Assembly: GCA_026129305.1 (NCBI GenBank)
Contig: JAHCII010000001.1
Span: 90,270 to 154,269 of the forward strand
Source of the DNA: Anaerolineales bacterium
GTDB taxonomy: Bacteria; Chloroflexota; Anaerolineae; Anaerolineales; UBA11579
Reading direction: 5' to 3'
Length of the DNA: 64,000 nucleotides
A program made the translations under genes and the position numbers. The notes under the pieces were generated by a model. It was given only the letters and a program-made list of their open reading frames with translations. It was not told the origin of the DNA and did not search any database. Shown piece after piece: positions 27,462-37,845 of the stretch (position 1 is the stretch's first letter; every line of letters starts with the position of its first letter).

Positions 27462-28682
27462 ATGCACATCCTGCTGATCCACCAAGCCTATGTAGACCTG
27501 GACCAGCCCGGTGGTACACGCCATGCTGAGTTCGCCCGCCACCTGGTGGCGCAGGGCCACCGCGTCACGGTCATCGCCAGCCCGGTCAGTTACCTGACCG
27601 GGGCAGAGCAGGCAGGCAGCCAGGCGACCCTGCCGGAAGGGCTGACCATTCTGCGGGCGGCCACCTACCGCGCCCTGCACCGCAGCTTTGTGCACCGCCT
27701 GCTCAGCTTTCTCTCTTTCACTGCCAGTGCTTTCTTTATTGGCCTGCGCGTGCGCAACGTAGACCTGGTTTGGGGCACTACGCCGCCCATCTTCCAGGCG
27801 GTCACCGCCTGGGCGCTGGCGAGGCTGAAACGGGCGCGCTTCTTGCTGGAGGTGCGCGACCTGTGGCCAGCCTTCGCGGTGGAAATCGGCGTGCTGCGCA
27901 ACCGCCTGCTGATCCGGGCTTCGGAGTGGCTGGAACGCTTCCTCTATCGCCAAACCGATGTACTGATCGCCAATTCGCCCGGGTTTGTGGAGCACATCCG
28001 CCAGCGCAGCGGGCGCACAGCCGAATTGGTCCCTAATGGGGCCGACGAAGCCATGTTTGACCCCCGGGCGGACGGGGAGGCTTTCCGCCAGCGCCACGCT
28101 CTGCAGGGCAAGTTCCTGGTGCTGTACGCTGGGGCGCACGGCCTCTCCAACGACCTGGGGGTGGCGCTGGCCGCCGCCGACCAGCTGCGCGACCAGTCTA
28201 AGATACGCATCGTCCTATTGGGCGATGGCAAAGACAAACCGGCGCTGCAAGCCCAGGCGGCAGACTTGGGCCTGAACAATCTGGTCTTCCTGCCGCCGGT
28301 GCCCAAAGAGCAGATGGCCGAGGCGTTGGCCGCTGCCGACGCTTGTTTGGCGATCCTCAAGCCGCTCAAGCTCTACGCCACGGTCTACCCCAACAAGGTC
28401 TTCGATTACCTGGCCGCTGGCCGGCCGATCGTGCTGGCGATCGACGGCGTCATCCGCCAGGTGGTCGAAGCCGCCGAGGCGGGCCTCTTCGTGCCGCCAG
28501 GCAACCCAACCGCGCTGGCCGCAGCCATTCGCCAGATGGCTGCCGACCCGCAGCGGGCGCGTACCATGGGCCATGCCGGGCGCGCCTATCTGCAGGCGCA
28601 CTTTTCGCGCAGGGCACTGGCCCGCCAGCTGCAAACGATTGTCGAAGCCCAGGGCTATAATGCCCGTGATGGGCAGGCATAA
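27462..28682 (+). CDS. Glycosyltransferase family 4 (WbuB-like)
   Basis: 'MHILLIHQAY...GGTRHAEFARHLVAQGHRVTVI' and a C-terminal GT1/GT4 'E..G..V.EA.AAG.P' -like region. Starts 2 nt after the upstream stop. Confidence 0.85.
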   Translation: MHILLIHQAYVDLDQPGGTRHAEFARHLVAQGHRVTVIASPVSYLTGAEQAGSQATLPEGLTILRAATYRALHRSFVHRLLSFLSFTASAFFIGLRVRNVDLVWGTTPPIFQAVTAWALARLKRARFLLEVRDLWPAFAVEIGVLRNRLLIRASEWLERFLYRQTDVLIANSPGFVEHIRQRSGRTAELVPNGADEAMFDPRADGEAFRQRHALQGKFLVLYAGAHGLSNDLGVALAAADQLRDQSKIRIVLLGDGKDKPALQAQAADLGLNNLVFLPPVPKEQMAEALAAADACLAILKPLKLYATVYPNKVFDYLAAGRPIVLAIDGVIRQVVEAAEAGLFVPPGNPTALAAAIRQMAADPQRARTMGHAGRAYLQAHFSRRALARQLQTIVEAQGYNARDGQA

Positions 28683-29574
28683 TCCCCCAGAACTGAGTGA
28701 AAGTGAACTGCGCCGCCAGCTGCTGGAACGCCGGCGGGCAGACCGCGCCCGGCGCCTGCGGCGCTTCAGCCAGGACGGCGAACTGGCCGCCAGCCAGGCG
28801 GCCGCCGCCGAGCCGCCGCAAGGCGACCCGCTGAACGGCCCACAGGTACACCCCACGCCCGGCCTGCGCCTGGCCGGCGGGGCGCCCAGCCGCCTCGACC
28901 GGGCTTTGCTGGTCGTGGAAATCCTGGCGGTGTTGGGTCTGGTCTATATCTTCTTTAACGGGTTGAGCGTGCTGGACAACTTGAACAAAGAACTCTCGGC
29001 CGCTTTCCAGCTGGGCGGGGAGGCCAGCGCGGCGCCGCTCATCGGCCCGGTGGTGCTGCCCTCCGGCCACACCCCGCCCGGCCAGAGCGGCGCGGCGCGC
29101 CCGAACGAAGCCGAAATCCCCGAGCATTTGCGGCCGCAAATGCAAGCCTATCTGGCCTCGCTGCAGGCGCCTACTCCGGGGCCGGAGCAGGCGCTAGGCA
29201 TCCGCATTGAGAGGATCGGGGTCAATGCGCCGGTGGTGCTGGGCGACGATTGGGAAGCGCTCAAACGCGGCGTGGGCCAGCACATTGGCAGCGCCAACCC
29301 CGGTCAGACCGGCAATCTGGTGCTGAGCGGGCACAACGATATTTACGGGGAGGTCTTTCGCCATCTGGATGAACTGCAGCCTGGCGACGAGATCGTGATC
29401 TTCACCGCCAGCCGCACCTACACTTACAAGATCGTGGAAACCCGCATCGTCGTCCCCACGGCGGTGGAAGTGCTGGCCCCCACCCCACAAGCCACACTAA
29501 CCTTGATCAGCTGCTACCCTTACCGGGTGGATACGCAGCGCATTGTGGTGATTGGCGAGTTGAGCAGCAACTAA
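28660..29574 (+). CDS. Membrane-anchored sortase (class E-like)
   Basis: Arg-rich N-terminus, TM helix 'LLVVEILAVLGLVYIFF', catalytic 'LVLSGH', 'TLTLISCYP' (TLxTC) and a downstream Arg ('DTQRIVV'). ATG at 28660 overlaps the GT4 gene by 23 nt. Confidence 0.8.
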   Translation: MPVMGRHNPPELSESELRRQLLERRRADRARRLRRFSQDGELAASQAAAAEPPQGDPLNGPQVHPTPGLRLAGGAPSRLDRALLVVEILAVLGLVYIFFNGLSVLDNLNKELSAAFQLGGEASAAPLIGPVVLPSGHTPPGQSGAARPNEAEIPEHLRPQMQAYLASLQAPTPGPEQALGIRIERIGVNAPVVLGDDWEALKRGVGQHIGSANPGQTGNLVLSGHNDIYGEVFRHLDELQPGDEIVIFTASRTYTYKIVETRIVVPTAVEVLAPTPQATLTLISCYPYRVDTQRIVVIGELSSN

Positions 29575-31274
29575 GGCACGAAGCGCCACAAGGGCAGGAC
29601 GCGGTCTTCCCCAAACAAGTATTGGCTGTAGGGCTGCAAGTGCCCTTCCAGCATCGGGCCGTAGGGGTTGGTTTGGGTCAGGATGTACTCGTTGCCAAAG
29701 ATGTAGTCCACGCCCAATTCAGCCAGGTACTGCGCGCCACGTTCGCCTTGCAGGGCATGCAAGTAATCCACTGTATTCATCAGGCCATCCATATTGACGA
29801 TCGTGATCCCCTGGCTGAAATATCCCAGGTTGCCGGAGCCGGTAATCGCCACCCGCGCCCCCAGTTCTACATTGGCTTGCAACCAGTGGACGCGATGCAG
29901 ATAAAAGTGATTGCGGCCATCCCCCGGCTGGCGAATGGCCGCCTGCAGATGACCGAGATAAAACAAGGTCAAGCCCAGGGCCGCCAGGCCGCCCAAGGCC
30001 GGCGTGAGCCGGCCTAGCGACGGCAGCAAGCGGCCCAACCAGCGCAGCAGCGCTGCCAACAGCAGACCCAGCCCAAGCAGCAGCCAGATCATCTGCGCCA
30101 TCCAGTACCAGGGTTGCTGGGCCACTGAGCCGCCAAATTTGTAATAAGCAATTTGCAGGAAGCAACCCACAAAGAACGGCAGCAGACCCAGGGAAACCGC
30201 CGCCGAGCGCACAAACTTGCGCTCGGCCCAGACCAGGCTACTGGCCAGGGCGGCCAGCACGCCGCCCAGCCCCAGAAGTGCCATGCGTCGCGCCGGGACG
30301 GACACCGCCTGCCCCAGCCAGGTCAGCAGCCCTTCGGCCGCGGCATACAGCGAGGCGGTCGCCAACGACCAAGGGCCTAGTTCCGCATCGTCGGTGAAGA
30401 ACTGGCCGCCAAAGTCCACCCAATTTTTAACTGGGAAGCCGTAGACCGTATTGCGCAGAGTCCCCCACCACAGTTTGACCTGCCCACTGACCGGCGTAGC
30501 CGTGCCGAAGGCCAGTAGGTTCCAGGCGACATAGACGGCCAGGGTCAGCGCCACCGGACCCAGAAAGGCGCCGGCCACCTGAACGCGCCAAGCCCAGGGG
30601 TTCCCTTGCAAGGCCGGCGAATTGGGCGGCTGCCAGGCGCGCAGCCACAGCCACACCCCACCCGCTGCCACAAAGAAGACGTTGTCCAGGCGGGCCAGCA
30701 CCGCCAGGCTAGCCAGGCCGCCCAGCACCAGCAGGCCGCGCAAGTTCAGCCGCTCGTCGCGGGCGGCGGGCGTGCGCATCAGCGCGGCCCAGAAGAGCAG
30801 CAGGCAAAAGGCGTTCAGCCCGGCCTCTGTACCGGAATGCAATGCCAGGTCATGAATACGCGGCGCAATGATCCACAGCAAGCCAGCCAGAGCGCCGGCC
30901 CAGGCGGCGCCCTGGTGGCGCAACAGGCGATAGAGCAGGATGGCGCTGCCGGCACTGATCAGTGCCGAGAGCAGCATCAGGGCGCGCAACGGCAGCAGTA
31001 CGTCCGATTGTGCCAGGGTGAACACAGGCGTGATCAGGAACAACCACAGCGGATGAAAGCCATTGGTGGGATTGATGCGATCAAAGGTAAAGCCGTAGCC
31101 TTCAGCCAGGTTGCGCGCCGCCTGGAAATAATAGAAGCCGTCGTCGGAGTTGTACCAGTCCAGAATGGTGTTGGGATTGCTCAGACTGAGGTAGATCTGC
31201 GGCAGCAGGGCTAATAAAAACACAAGGACTTCAAAGGGATGGTGGTTAAGCCAGGTGCGCAAACGAGCGAGCAT
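29571..31274 (-). CDS. Polytopic membrane protein, putative GT-C-fold glycosyltransferase (ArnT/PMT-like)
   Basis: ATG at 31274 ('MLARLRTWLNHHPFEVLVFLLALL'). First loop 'NSDDGFYYFQAARNLAEGYGF', and more than 10 hydrophobic helices. The first 113 codons of listed ORF 29571..31613 overlap the divergent MFS gene and are rejected. The family call is tentative. Confidence 0.55.
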   Translation of the reverse strand: MLARLRTWLNHHPFEVLVFLLALLPQIYLSLSNPNTILDWYNSDDGFYYFQAARNLAEGYGFTFDRINPTNGFHPLWLFLITPVFTLAQSDVLLPLRALMLLSALISAGSAILLYRLLRHQGAAWAGALAGLLWIIAPRIHDLALHSGTEAGLNAFCLLLFWAALMRTPAARDERLNLRGLLVLGGLASLAVLARLDNVFFVAAGGVWLWLRAWQPPNSPALQGNPWAWRVQVAGAFLGPVALTLAVYVAWNLLAFGTATPVSGQVKLWWGTLRNTVYGFPVKNWVDFGGQFFTDDAELGPWSLATASLYAAAEGLLTWLGQAVSVPARRMALLGLGGVLAALASSLVWAERKFVRSAAVSLGLLPFFVGCFLQIAYYKFGGSVAQQPWYWMAQMIWLLLGLGLLLAALLRWLGRLLPSLGRLTPALGGLAALGLTLFYLGHLQAAIRQPGDGRNHFYLHRVHWLQANVELGARVAITGSGNLGYFSQGITIVNMDGLMNTVDYLHALQGERGAQYLAELGVDYIFGNEYILTQTNPYGPMLEGHLQPYSQYLFGEDRVLPLWRFVP

Positions 31275-31337
31275 CTCCCGAGTATAACGCGCCCATTCTG
31301 CGCAGACCCGCCCAGCGGTGATACACTGCCCCAGCCT

Positions 31338-32609
31338 ATGCCCTCCCGAAAACCAACTACAAGCAAACTTCCGGCCCTGTTCGTCTACCTGCTGGCGCAC
31401 TTCACCAGCGGCTTCGCCAATAAGCTGGTGCTGACCACTTACATTCTTTACCGGGTGGATGTGGCGCAGCTGGACCCACTGCAGTTGGTGCTGCTGGGCA
31501 CCATCATGGAAGCGTCCATCTTCCTCTTCGAAATCCCCACCGGCGTGGTGGCAGACGTTTACAGCCGGCGGGTCTCGGTCATTGCTGGCTTTTTCCTGAT
31601 TGGCCTGGGACACGCCATCGAGGCCCTGGCACCTTTATTTTGGGTGATCGCCCTTTCGCAGTTCGTTTGGGGCTTTGGCTCCACCTTCATCAGCGGCGCC
31701 TTCTCGGCCTGGGTTACCGATGAGGTGGGGACAAAAAATGCCGGTTCGGCTTTCCTGCGCGGCAACCAATTCAGCCTGGCGGGCAATTTGCTGGGCATTC
31801 CCTTTGGCGTTTTGCTGGGCTCCATGAGCCTCGGCCTGCCCTACCTGGTGGGCGGCGGATTGTATATGCTGCTGGCCTTGTTCCTGCTGCTTTTCATGCC
31901 GGAAACTGGCTTCAAACCCGTGCCGGCAGAGCAGCGTGAGGGTTGGCGCAGCATGTTCACCACCTTTAACAAAGGCCTGGCCGTGATCCGCGGCCGGCCG
32001 GCGCTGGTCACCTTTGCCTTGATCGGCCTGGTGCTCGGCTTGTACAGCGAAGCCTGGGACCGGCTCTCGCAGCCCTTCCTGCTGGAACGCTTTGAGTTCC
32101 CAGACTTGTTCGGTCTGTCGCTGGGCGCCATCGAGTGGCTGGGGATTCTGAATGTAGCCTTCATCCTGGCCAGTCTGGCGGCCAATTACATCGTCAAGCG
32201 CCGTGTGGACACCCAAAAAGGCGCCAATATTCTGCGCAGCTTGCAGGGCATTTATTTGGGCATGGTGGTTGCCATGCTGCTCTTCACGCTGACGCGCAAT
32301 TTCTACCTGGCCATCGCCGCCATGATCACCTTCAACGGGTTGCGCGCAGTCAGCTTCCCGCTGATCACCGCCTGGATCAACCAGCAGATCGATTCCAAAG
32401 TGCGCGCCACGGTCTTGTCCATCACCGGACAGATTGATGCGCTGGGCGAGCTGGCCGGCGGCCCTATCCTGGGCGCCGTGGGCCGAAGCCTGTCGATGCA
32501 GGCCGCGCTGTGGGCCTCGGCGGCCACCCTCTCCACCACCGGGCCGCTGTTCGAGCGCATTCGCCGCCTGACCAGCCTGAAAAAGCCCGCAAAAAAGAAG
32601 AGCCGCTAA
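31338..32609 (+). CDS. MFS transporter
   Basis: ATG at 31338. Twelve-helix pattern and 'GVVADVYSRRVSV' (MFS motif A-like). Confidence 0.8.
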   Translation: MPSRKPTTSKLPALFVYLLAHFTSGFANKLVLTTYILYRVDVAQLDPLQLVLLGTIMEASIFLFEIPTGVVADVYSRRVSVIAGFFLIGLGHAIEALAPLFWVIALSQFVWGFGSTFISGAFSAWVTDEVGTKNAGSAFLRGNQFSLAGNLLGIPFGVLLGSMSLGLPYLVGGGLYMLLALFLLLFMPETGFKPVPAEQREGWRSMFTTFNKGLAVIRGRPALVTFALIGLVLGLYSEAWDRLSQPFLLERFEFPDLFGLSLGAIEWLGILNVAFILASLAANYIVKRRVDTQKGANILRSLQGIYLGMVVAMLLFTLTRNFYLAIAAMITFNGLRAVSFPLITAWINQQIDSKVRATVLSITGQIDALGELAGGPILGAVGRSLSMQAALWASAATLSTTGPLFERIRRLTSLKKPAKKKSR

Positions 32610-32630
32610 CGCGGCTCTCTTTTGTTGTCG

Positions 32631-34823
32631 CTAGGGCAAGTACCAGCGCGCCCGCCAGTCACCCGAACCAGGCTCGGGTTCGAAGAAGTCGGCATTCAGG
32701 TGCACCATGTGCATAAACAGCTTTCCAGGCTTGAGCGGAAATGGCGTGCCGTCGGCGTACACAAAGCGGATCGGGCGCAAGCGGCCGGTCTCTTGCTCGT
32801 ATTCGCCATTGACCGTGGACCAGTACAGGTCGCAGACCAAGCCGTCTCGCAGCAGTTTGACCCGACCAATGGTGCCTTCCATACTCACATCAAAGATGGT
32901 GCCGGCCTCATTGAGCTGTTGGTGCTCCACAAAGAAGACCATCACATTTTCAAAGTGCAGCGGCTGGCCGGTCAGCGCTTCGGTGCTCACTTCTTGCACC
33001 TCCGGCGTGGTATTGGTGTTCTGGTGGCGAAGGTAGGCGCCGCGGTCGGCGTCGTAGCTCCAGTAGGTTTGGTTGGCCACGTTGTAGAACATGGTCAGCG
33101 AGGTGGCCGGCGTGCAACCTTCGGGCGGCGCCTGCTGAAACAGATTGCCGGTCAGGTTGGGCGGGCCGTACAGGCCCACATTGTTGGCGGCGATCTCTTG
33201 CAGGCGGGTCACGTCGATACCGGCAGCGCCGATATCGCCTTCATTGGTGCTGGAAGCCTGGGCGCAGACCTGGATCTGGGCCAGCACTTCAGGGTCGGCG
33301 CCGGCGATGACTGTGCAGCCCTCAAAATAGCCACGCATGGTCTCGTAGACCAGACGGCCGGAGCGCACGCCCTCGATGCGGATGGCATGCCGCAAGCCCG
33401 CATCAATATCCAGCAGCTCACTGGCATCCTCCGGCAGCACAAAGCCGGCGGTCTGGCCGGTAGCCGGGTCAGCGTCGCTGTCGATGCTGTCATCGGCGCT
33501 GGCATTGGCGCCCACGAAGTAGAAGGTTTGCATGTTGCTGGGGATGCTGAAGCGCACCTGGTAGCGGTAGCCGTATTGCGGCTCCACTTGGAAGAAGTAT
33601 CTGCCCGCGCCATCCGTGGTGGTGCTGCCGATCACCTGGCCCTGCAAGATCAGTTCAACACTGATGCCGGGCACGCCAGGTTCACCTTCGTCCTGCAGCG
33701 AGTTGCCGTTGTTGTCGTACCAAACCCTGTCGCCGATGATGAACTGGTTCTCAGTGGTCTCAGGGGTCTCAGAACCAGCCTGGTCGCCCAAGACCCGGTC
33801 CAGGTCAATCTCAGGGTAGCAGCCGTAGAACTGTGCATACAAGCGCGTGCTGCCTTCACCAATCCACCATTCGCTGACCCAGGCGACCCATTCCAGGCCC
33901 GTGGGCGGGCGCGTGGCCGCTGGAGGGAACTGCGAGATGGAAATGCCCACCACGCTCCACTCAGCCGCTTCGGGCACACACAGCGGCTGCCCAGTGAGCG
34001 GGTTGTAACCCGCCGGGAAGTCGTCGGGACCCATGCTGCTGGGCGCGGTAGCTGCAAAGCCGGCGTCCCGCTGTGCGCCGGCCTCGGTCAGCGTGAAGCT
34101 CTCCGTCTGGCCGCTGTTTGGGTCGGCGTCGCTGTCGGCGGCGTCATCGCCCGCATCCATTTGGGTGAACTGGTAGTCCGCAGACGGCTGGAAAGCCACG
34201 CGGTACTCCTCACCCACGGGCAAAGCGGTGAACTCATACCCACCAGCCGCATCGCTGCTTAGCTCATCCAGCATGTCCCCTTGCGCGTCCAGCAGGCGCA
34301 CAGTCACTTCGGCCAAGGGCGGCTCGGCCAAGTCCTGCAGGCCATCCTGGTTCTCATCCAGCCAGGTAAAGCCGGTGATGCTGGCCGTGGCCGGTTCAGA
34401 CGCATCTATTTCAGGCACGCTGGGCACGACCAATACCAAGCCGGCATCCACATCCGAGAGCTGGCTGTTGATCAGCATCACTTCAGTGCGCCCGCTGATC
34501 GGGTCCACATCACTGTCCAGGGCCGGGTCATCGCCCTGTCCCTGCTGGGTAAAGCCATAGCCTGACGGGATTTCGAATTCCAGATAATACGCTCCGGAAT
34601 TTACTCCCTGCTGGCCGACTTGATAGGCCCCATCTGCTCCGGTTAGCGCGCTGGAGACCAGGCTGTTGTCTTCCGTGTTGTACAGTCGCACGGTCACGCC
34701 CTCAACCCCAGGCTCACCGGGGTCTTGGATGCCATTGGCGTTCTCGTCCAACCAGACCAAGTCGCCAGCAGCCACACAGCCGCCAAGCAGTACGGCCAAT
34801 AAAAGGGTTAGGGCAATTTTCAT
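32631..34823 (-). CDS. Lipoprotein with three SdrD-B/Cna-B-like domains and a DUF3048-like domain
   Basis: ATG at 34823. Lipobox 'LLAVLLGGC'. Repeated 'W.DEN.NG.QD.GEPG..GV.V.L' units at the N-terminus (two copies), plus one inserted copy ('[25 protein letters not shown]'). DUF3048-like 'NPLTGQPL...TRPPTGL...[10 protein letters not shown]' and a C-terminal '[12 protein letters not shown]' segment. Confidence 0.7.
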   Translation of the reverse strand: MKIALTLLLAVLLGGCVAAGDLVWLDENANGIQDPGEPGVEGVTVRLYNTEDNSLVSSALTGADGAYQVGQQGVNSGAYYLEFEIPSGYGFTQQGQGDDPALDSDVDPISGRTEVMLINSQLSDVDAGLVLVVPSVPEIDASEPATASITGFTWLDENQDGLQDLAEPPLAEVTVRLLDAQGDMLDELSSDAAGGYEFTALPVGEEYRVAFQPSADYQFTQMDAGDDAADSDADPNSGQTESFTLTEAGAQRDAGFAATAPSSMGPDDFPAGYNPLTGQPLCVPEAAEWSVVGISISQFPPAATRPPTGLEWVAWVSEWWIGEGSTRLYAQFYGCYPEIDLDRVLGDQAGSETPETTENQFIIGDRVWYDNNGNSLQDEGEPGVPGISVELILQGQVIGSTTTDGAGRYFFQVEPQYGYRYQVRFSIPSNMQTFYFVGANASADDSIDSDADPATGQTAGFVLPEDASELLDIDAGLRHAIRIEGVRSGRLVYETMRGYFEGCTVIAGADPEVLAQIQVCAQASSTNEGDIGAAGIDVTRLQEIAANNVGLYGPPNLTGNLFQQAPPEGCTPATSLTMFYNVANQTYWSYDADRGAYLRHQNTNTTPEVQEVSTEALTGQPLHFENVMVFFVEHQQLNEAGTIFDVSMEGTIGRVKLLRDGLVCDLYWSTVNGEYEQETGRLRPIRFVYADGTPFPLKPGKLFMHMVHLNADFFEPEPGSGDWRARWYLP

Positions 34824-34960
34824 CGATCGGTTACCGAAAATGTAGACATAGCACCTCTGCAAGGCGAATAAAGGAAGCGCGGCCCCCTGCCTATTCTAAC
34901 ATCCGGCTCCGTGGGCCAAAACCCACGGAAGCAGGCGTTATAATCATTTTTGGAGTTTCA

Positions 34961-37660
34961 ATGAAAAAAGACCCTTTCAATTCGATCAAAAATCTCAGTG
35001 CAAACAACAAAACCTACCAGTATTACAGCTTGCACAGCCTGGAAGAAGCCGGCCTGACCCAGTTGGCGCGCCTGCCCTTCTCCATCAGGATTCTGCTGGA
35101 GGCGGTGCTGCGCAACTGCAACGGTCTGGATGTATTTGAAGACGACGTGCGCAACCTGGCGGGCTGGCAGCCGCAGGCCACCAGCCGCCCGGCGATGCCC
35201 TTCAAGCCCGCCCGCGTGCTGCTGCAGGACTTCACCGGTGTGCCGGCCATCGTAGACCTGGCCGCCATGCGGGATGCCATGGCCGCGCTGGGCGGCGACC
35301 CGGCCAAGATCAATCCGCTGGTGCCGGTGGACCTGGTGATCGACCATTCAGTGCAGGTGGACTTCTTCGCCTCGCCGGACGCCTTGCAGCGCAACGCAGA
35401 AATCGAATTCATGCGCAATCGCGAACGCTACGAGTTCCTGCATTGGGGCCAGCAGGCCTTCGACAATTTCCGCGTGGTGCCGCCCAACACCGGGATTGTG
35501 CACCAGGTCAACCTGGAATTTTTGGGCCAAGTGGTCATGACCAAAGAGCAGGACGGCGCCACCTGGGCTTTCCCCGACACCTTGGTGGGCACTGACTCAC
35601 ACACTACGATGATCAATGGCCTGGGCGTAGTGGCCTGGGGCGTGGGCGGCATCGAGGCCGAGGCGGCCATGCTGGGCCGCGCGGTGGATATGCTCGCCCC
35701 CGACGTCATCGGCTTCAAGCTGCACGGCAAGCTGCGCGAGGGCGTGACCCCCACCGACCTGACCCTGACCATCACCCAGACCCTGCGCAAGAAGGGCGTG
35801 GTGGACAAGTTCGTGGAGTTCTACGGCCCCGGCCTGGACTCGATGAGCCTGGCCGACCGAGCCATGATCGGCAACATGTCGCCGGAGAACGGCGCCACAA
35901 TCACCTATTTCCCGGTGGATGCGGAGACACTGAGGTACCTGCGCCTGACCGCCCGCAGCGAAGAGCAGATCGCCCTGGTGGAAGCCTATTGCAAAGCCCA
36001 GGGCCTGTTCCGCGAGGCCAATTCGCCAGACCCGGACTATAGCGACGTATTGGAGCTGGATCTGAGCAGCGTGCAGCCCAGCCTGGCCGGGCCCAAACGC
36101 CCACAGGACCGCGTAACGCTTGATGACATGCGCGGCGAATTCCACAAAGCGCTGGTGGCCCCCAAGAGCGAGCGCGGTTTCGCCCTGGCGCCGGAAGAGC
36201 TGGAAAAGAAGGTGACCTTCGGCACCAACGGCTCGCAGGCCGAGATGGGCCACGGCGCGCTGGTCATCGCCGCGATCACTTCCTGCACCAACACCTCCAA
36301 CCCCTCGGTGATGCTGGGCGCCGGCCTGCTGGCCAAGAAGGCCGTGGAACGCGGCCTGAAGGTCAAGCCTTACGTCAAGACCAGCCTGGCCCCCGGCTCC
36401 CGCGTGGTCACCGAATACCTAGAAAGCGCCGACCTGATGGAGCCGCTCTCCAAGCTGGGCTTCAACCTGGTGGGCTACGGCTGCACCACCTGCATTGGCA
36501 ACTCCGGCCCGCTGGCCGGCGAGGTGGTCAAGGCCGTCACCGGCGGCGACCTGGTGGCCGCCGCTGTGCTCTCCGGCAACCGCAACTTTGAAGGCCGCAT
36601 TCACCCCTACGCCCTGGCCAACTACCTGGCCTCGCCGCCGCTGGTAGTGGCTTACGCCCTGGCCGGCACGGTGGACATTGACCTAACCAATGACCCGCTA
36701 GGCATGGACGGCGATGGCAACCCGATCTACCTGCGTGACATTTGGCCCACCAGCGAAGAAGTGCGCCAGGCCATCGAAAGCAACGTGCGCCCGGAGATGT
36801 TCGCCGAACGCTATGCCAACGTCTTCACCGGCAACGAAACCTGGAACAACATCAGCGCCCACGAGAGTGAGCTGTACAACTGGGACGCTGATTCGACCTA
36901 TATCCAGCAGCCGCCCTTCTTCGAAGGGCTGAGCCGTGAGCCCCAGCCGATCGGCGAGATCAGCGGGGCCCGCGCCCTGGCCATTTTGGGCGACTCGGTC
37001 ACCACTGACCACATCTCTCCCGCCGGGGCGATCCCGGCCGACGGCCCGGCTGGCAAGTACCTACTGGAGCACGGTGTCACCGTACCCAACTTCAATTCCT
37101 TCGGCTCGCGGCGCGGCAACGACCGCGTGATGGCCCGCGGCACCTTTGCCAACATCCGCCTCAAGAACGCCATGGTGCCTGGCGTGGAGGGCGGCTTCAC
37201 CGCCCACCAGCCCAGCGGCGAGCAGATGAGCATCTTTGACGCCTCAGCCAAATATAAAGAGGAAAGCGTGCCGCTGATCGTGCTGGCTGGCAAGGAATAC
37301 GGTTCCGGCTCCAGCCGTGACTGGGCCGCCAAGGGGCCACTGCTGCTGGGCGTCAGCGCAGTCATCGCCGAATCCTTCGAGCGCATCCACCGCAGCAACC
37401 TGCTGGGTATGGGCATTTTGCCGCTGGTCTTCCAAACTGGGCAAAGTGCGGACAGCCTGGGCCTGGACGGCACCGAGAGCTTCAGCATCGCCGACATTAC
37501 CGCCGATATGGCGCCGAATGCCGAATTGCAGGTGACCGCCACCAAGCCGGACGGCCGCCAGATCAGCTTCCAGGTGATCAGCAAGCTGAACACCGTCCAG
37601 GATGTTGAGGTTTATCGCCAGGGCGGCATTCTGCCGTCGGTGATCCGCGAGATGCTGTAA
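34961..37660 (+). CDS. acnA: Aconitate hydratase A
   Basis: 899 aa. '[18 protein letters not shown]', '[14 protein letters not shown]', 'TSCTNTSNP' and 'CTTCIGNSG' Fe-S ligand motifs. TATAAT at 34939-34944 and GGAG upstream. Confidence 0.95.
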   Translation: MKKDPFNSIKNLSANNKTYQYYSLHSLEEAGLTQLARLPFSIRILLEAVLRNCNGLDVFEDDVRNLAGWQPQATSRPAMPFKPARVLLQDFTGVPAIVDLAAMRDAMAALGGDPAKINPLVPVDLVIDHSVQVDFFASPDALQRNAEIEFMRNRERYEFLHWGQQAFDNFRVVPPNTGIVHQVNLEFLGQVVMTKEQDGATWAFPDTLVGTDSHTTMINGLGVVAWGVGGIEAEAAMLGRAVDMLAPDVIGFKLHGKLREGVTPTDLTLTITQTLRKKGVVDKFVEFYGPGLDSMSLADRAMIGNMSPENGATITYFPVDAETLRYLRLTARSEEQIALVEAYCKAQGLFREANSPDPDYSDVLELDLSSVQPSLAGPKRPQDRVTLDDMRGEFHKALVAPKSERGFALAPEELEKKVTFGTNGSQAEMGHGALVIAAITSCTNTSNPSVMLGAGLLAKKAVERGLKVKPYVKTSLAPGSRVVTEYLESADLMEPLSKLGFNLVGYGCTTCIGNSGPLAGEVVKAVTGGDLVAAAVLSGNRNFEGRIHPYALANYLASPPLVVAYALAGTVDIDLTNDPLGMDGDGNPIYLRDIWPTSEEVRQAIESNVRPEMFAERYANVFTGNETWNNISAHESELYNWDADSTYIQQPPFFEGLSREPQPIGEISGARALAILGDSVTTDHISPAGAIPADGPAGKYLLEHGVTVPNFNSFGSRRGNDRVMARGTFANIRLKNAMVPGVEGGFTAHQPSGEQMSIFDASAKYKEESVPLIVLAGKEYGSGSSRDWAAKGPLLLGVSAVIAESFERIHRSNLLGMGILPLVFQTGQSADSLGLDGTESFSIADITADMAPNAELQVTATKPDGRQISFQVISKLNTVQDVEVYRQGGILPSVIREML

Positions 37661-37763
37661 AGAAACGAATTTTGCAAATTCTCTAAACTTAGCTTTGTGT
37701 CTTTCTGAGCCAGTGGCGCAGCCGCGCCGCGAAGAAGTTTGTGTGCAATAACCAAAACCAAAG

Positions 37764-37791
37764 CCGGCTGACAAGAGACTTTGTCAGCCGG
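37764..37791. terminator. Bidirectional intrinsic terminator between acnA and the convergent orphan gene
   Basis: CCGGCTGACAA / TTGTCAGCCGG 11-bp stem, flanked by an A-rich stretch (accaaaaccaaa) and a T-rich stretch (gtttgatcttt). Confidence 0.75.
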
Positions 37792-37845
37792 GTTTGATCT
37801 TTAACCAATTGTTTAAACTCTCAAAGCGATACAGCAGGCTGTGAT

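Noticed and set aside
28573-28659. Upstream extension of the sortase ORF (listed start 28573)
   Set aside because: It overlaps the GT4 C-terminus by about 110 nt in another frame, with Arg/Pro/Cys-rich translation. ATG at 28660 gives a typical basic N-terminus followed by the TM anchor.
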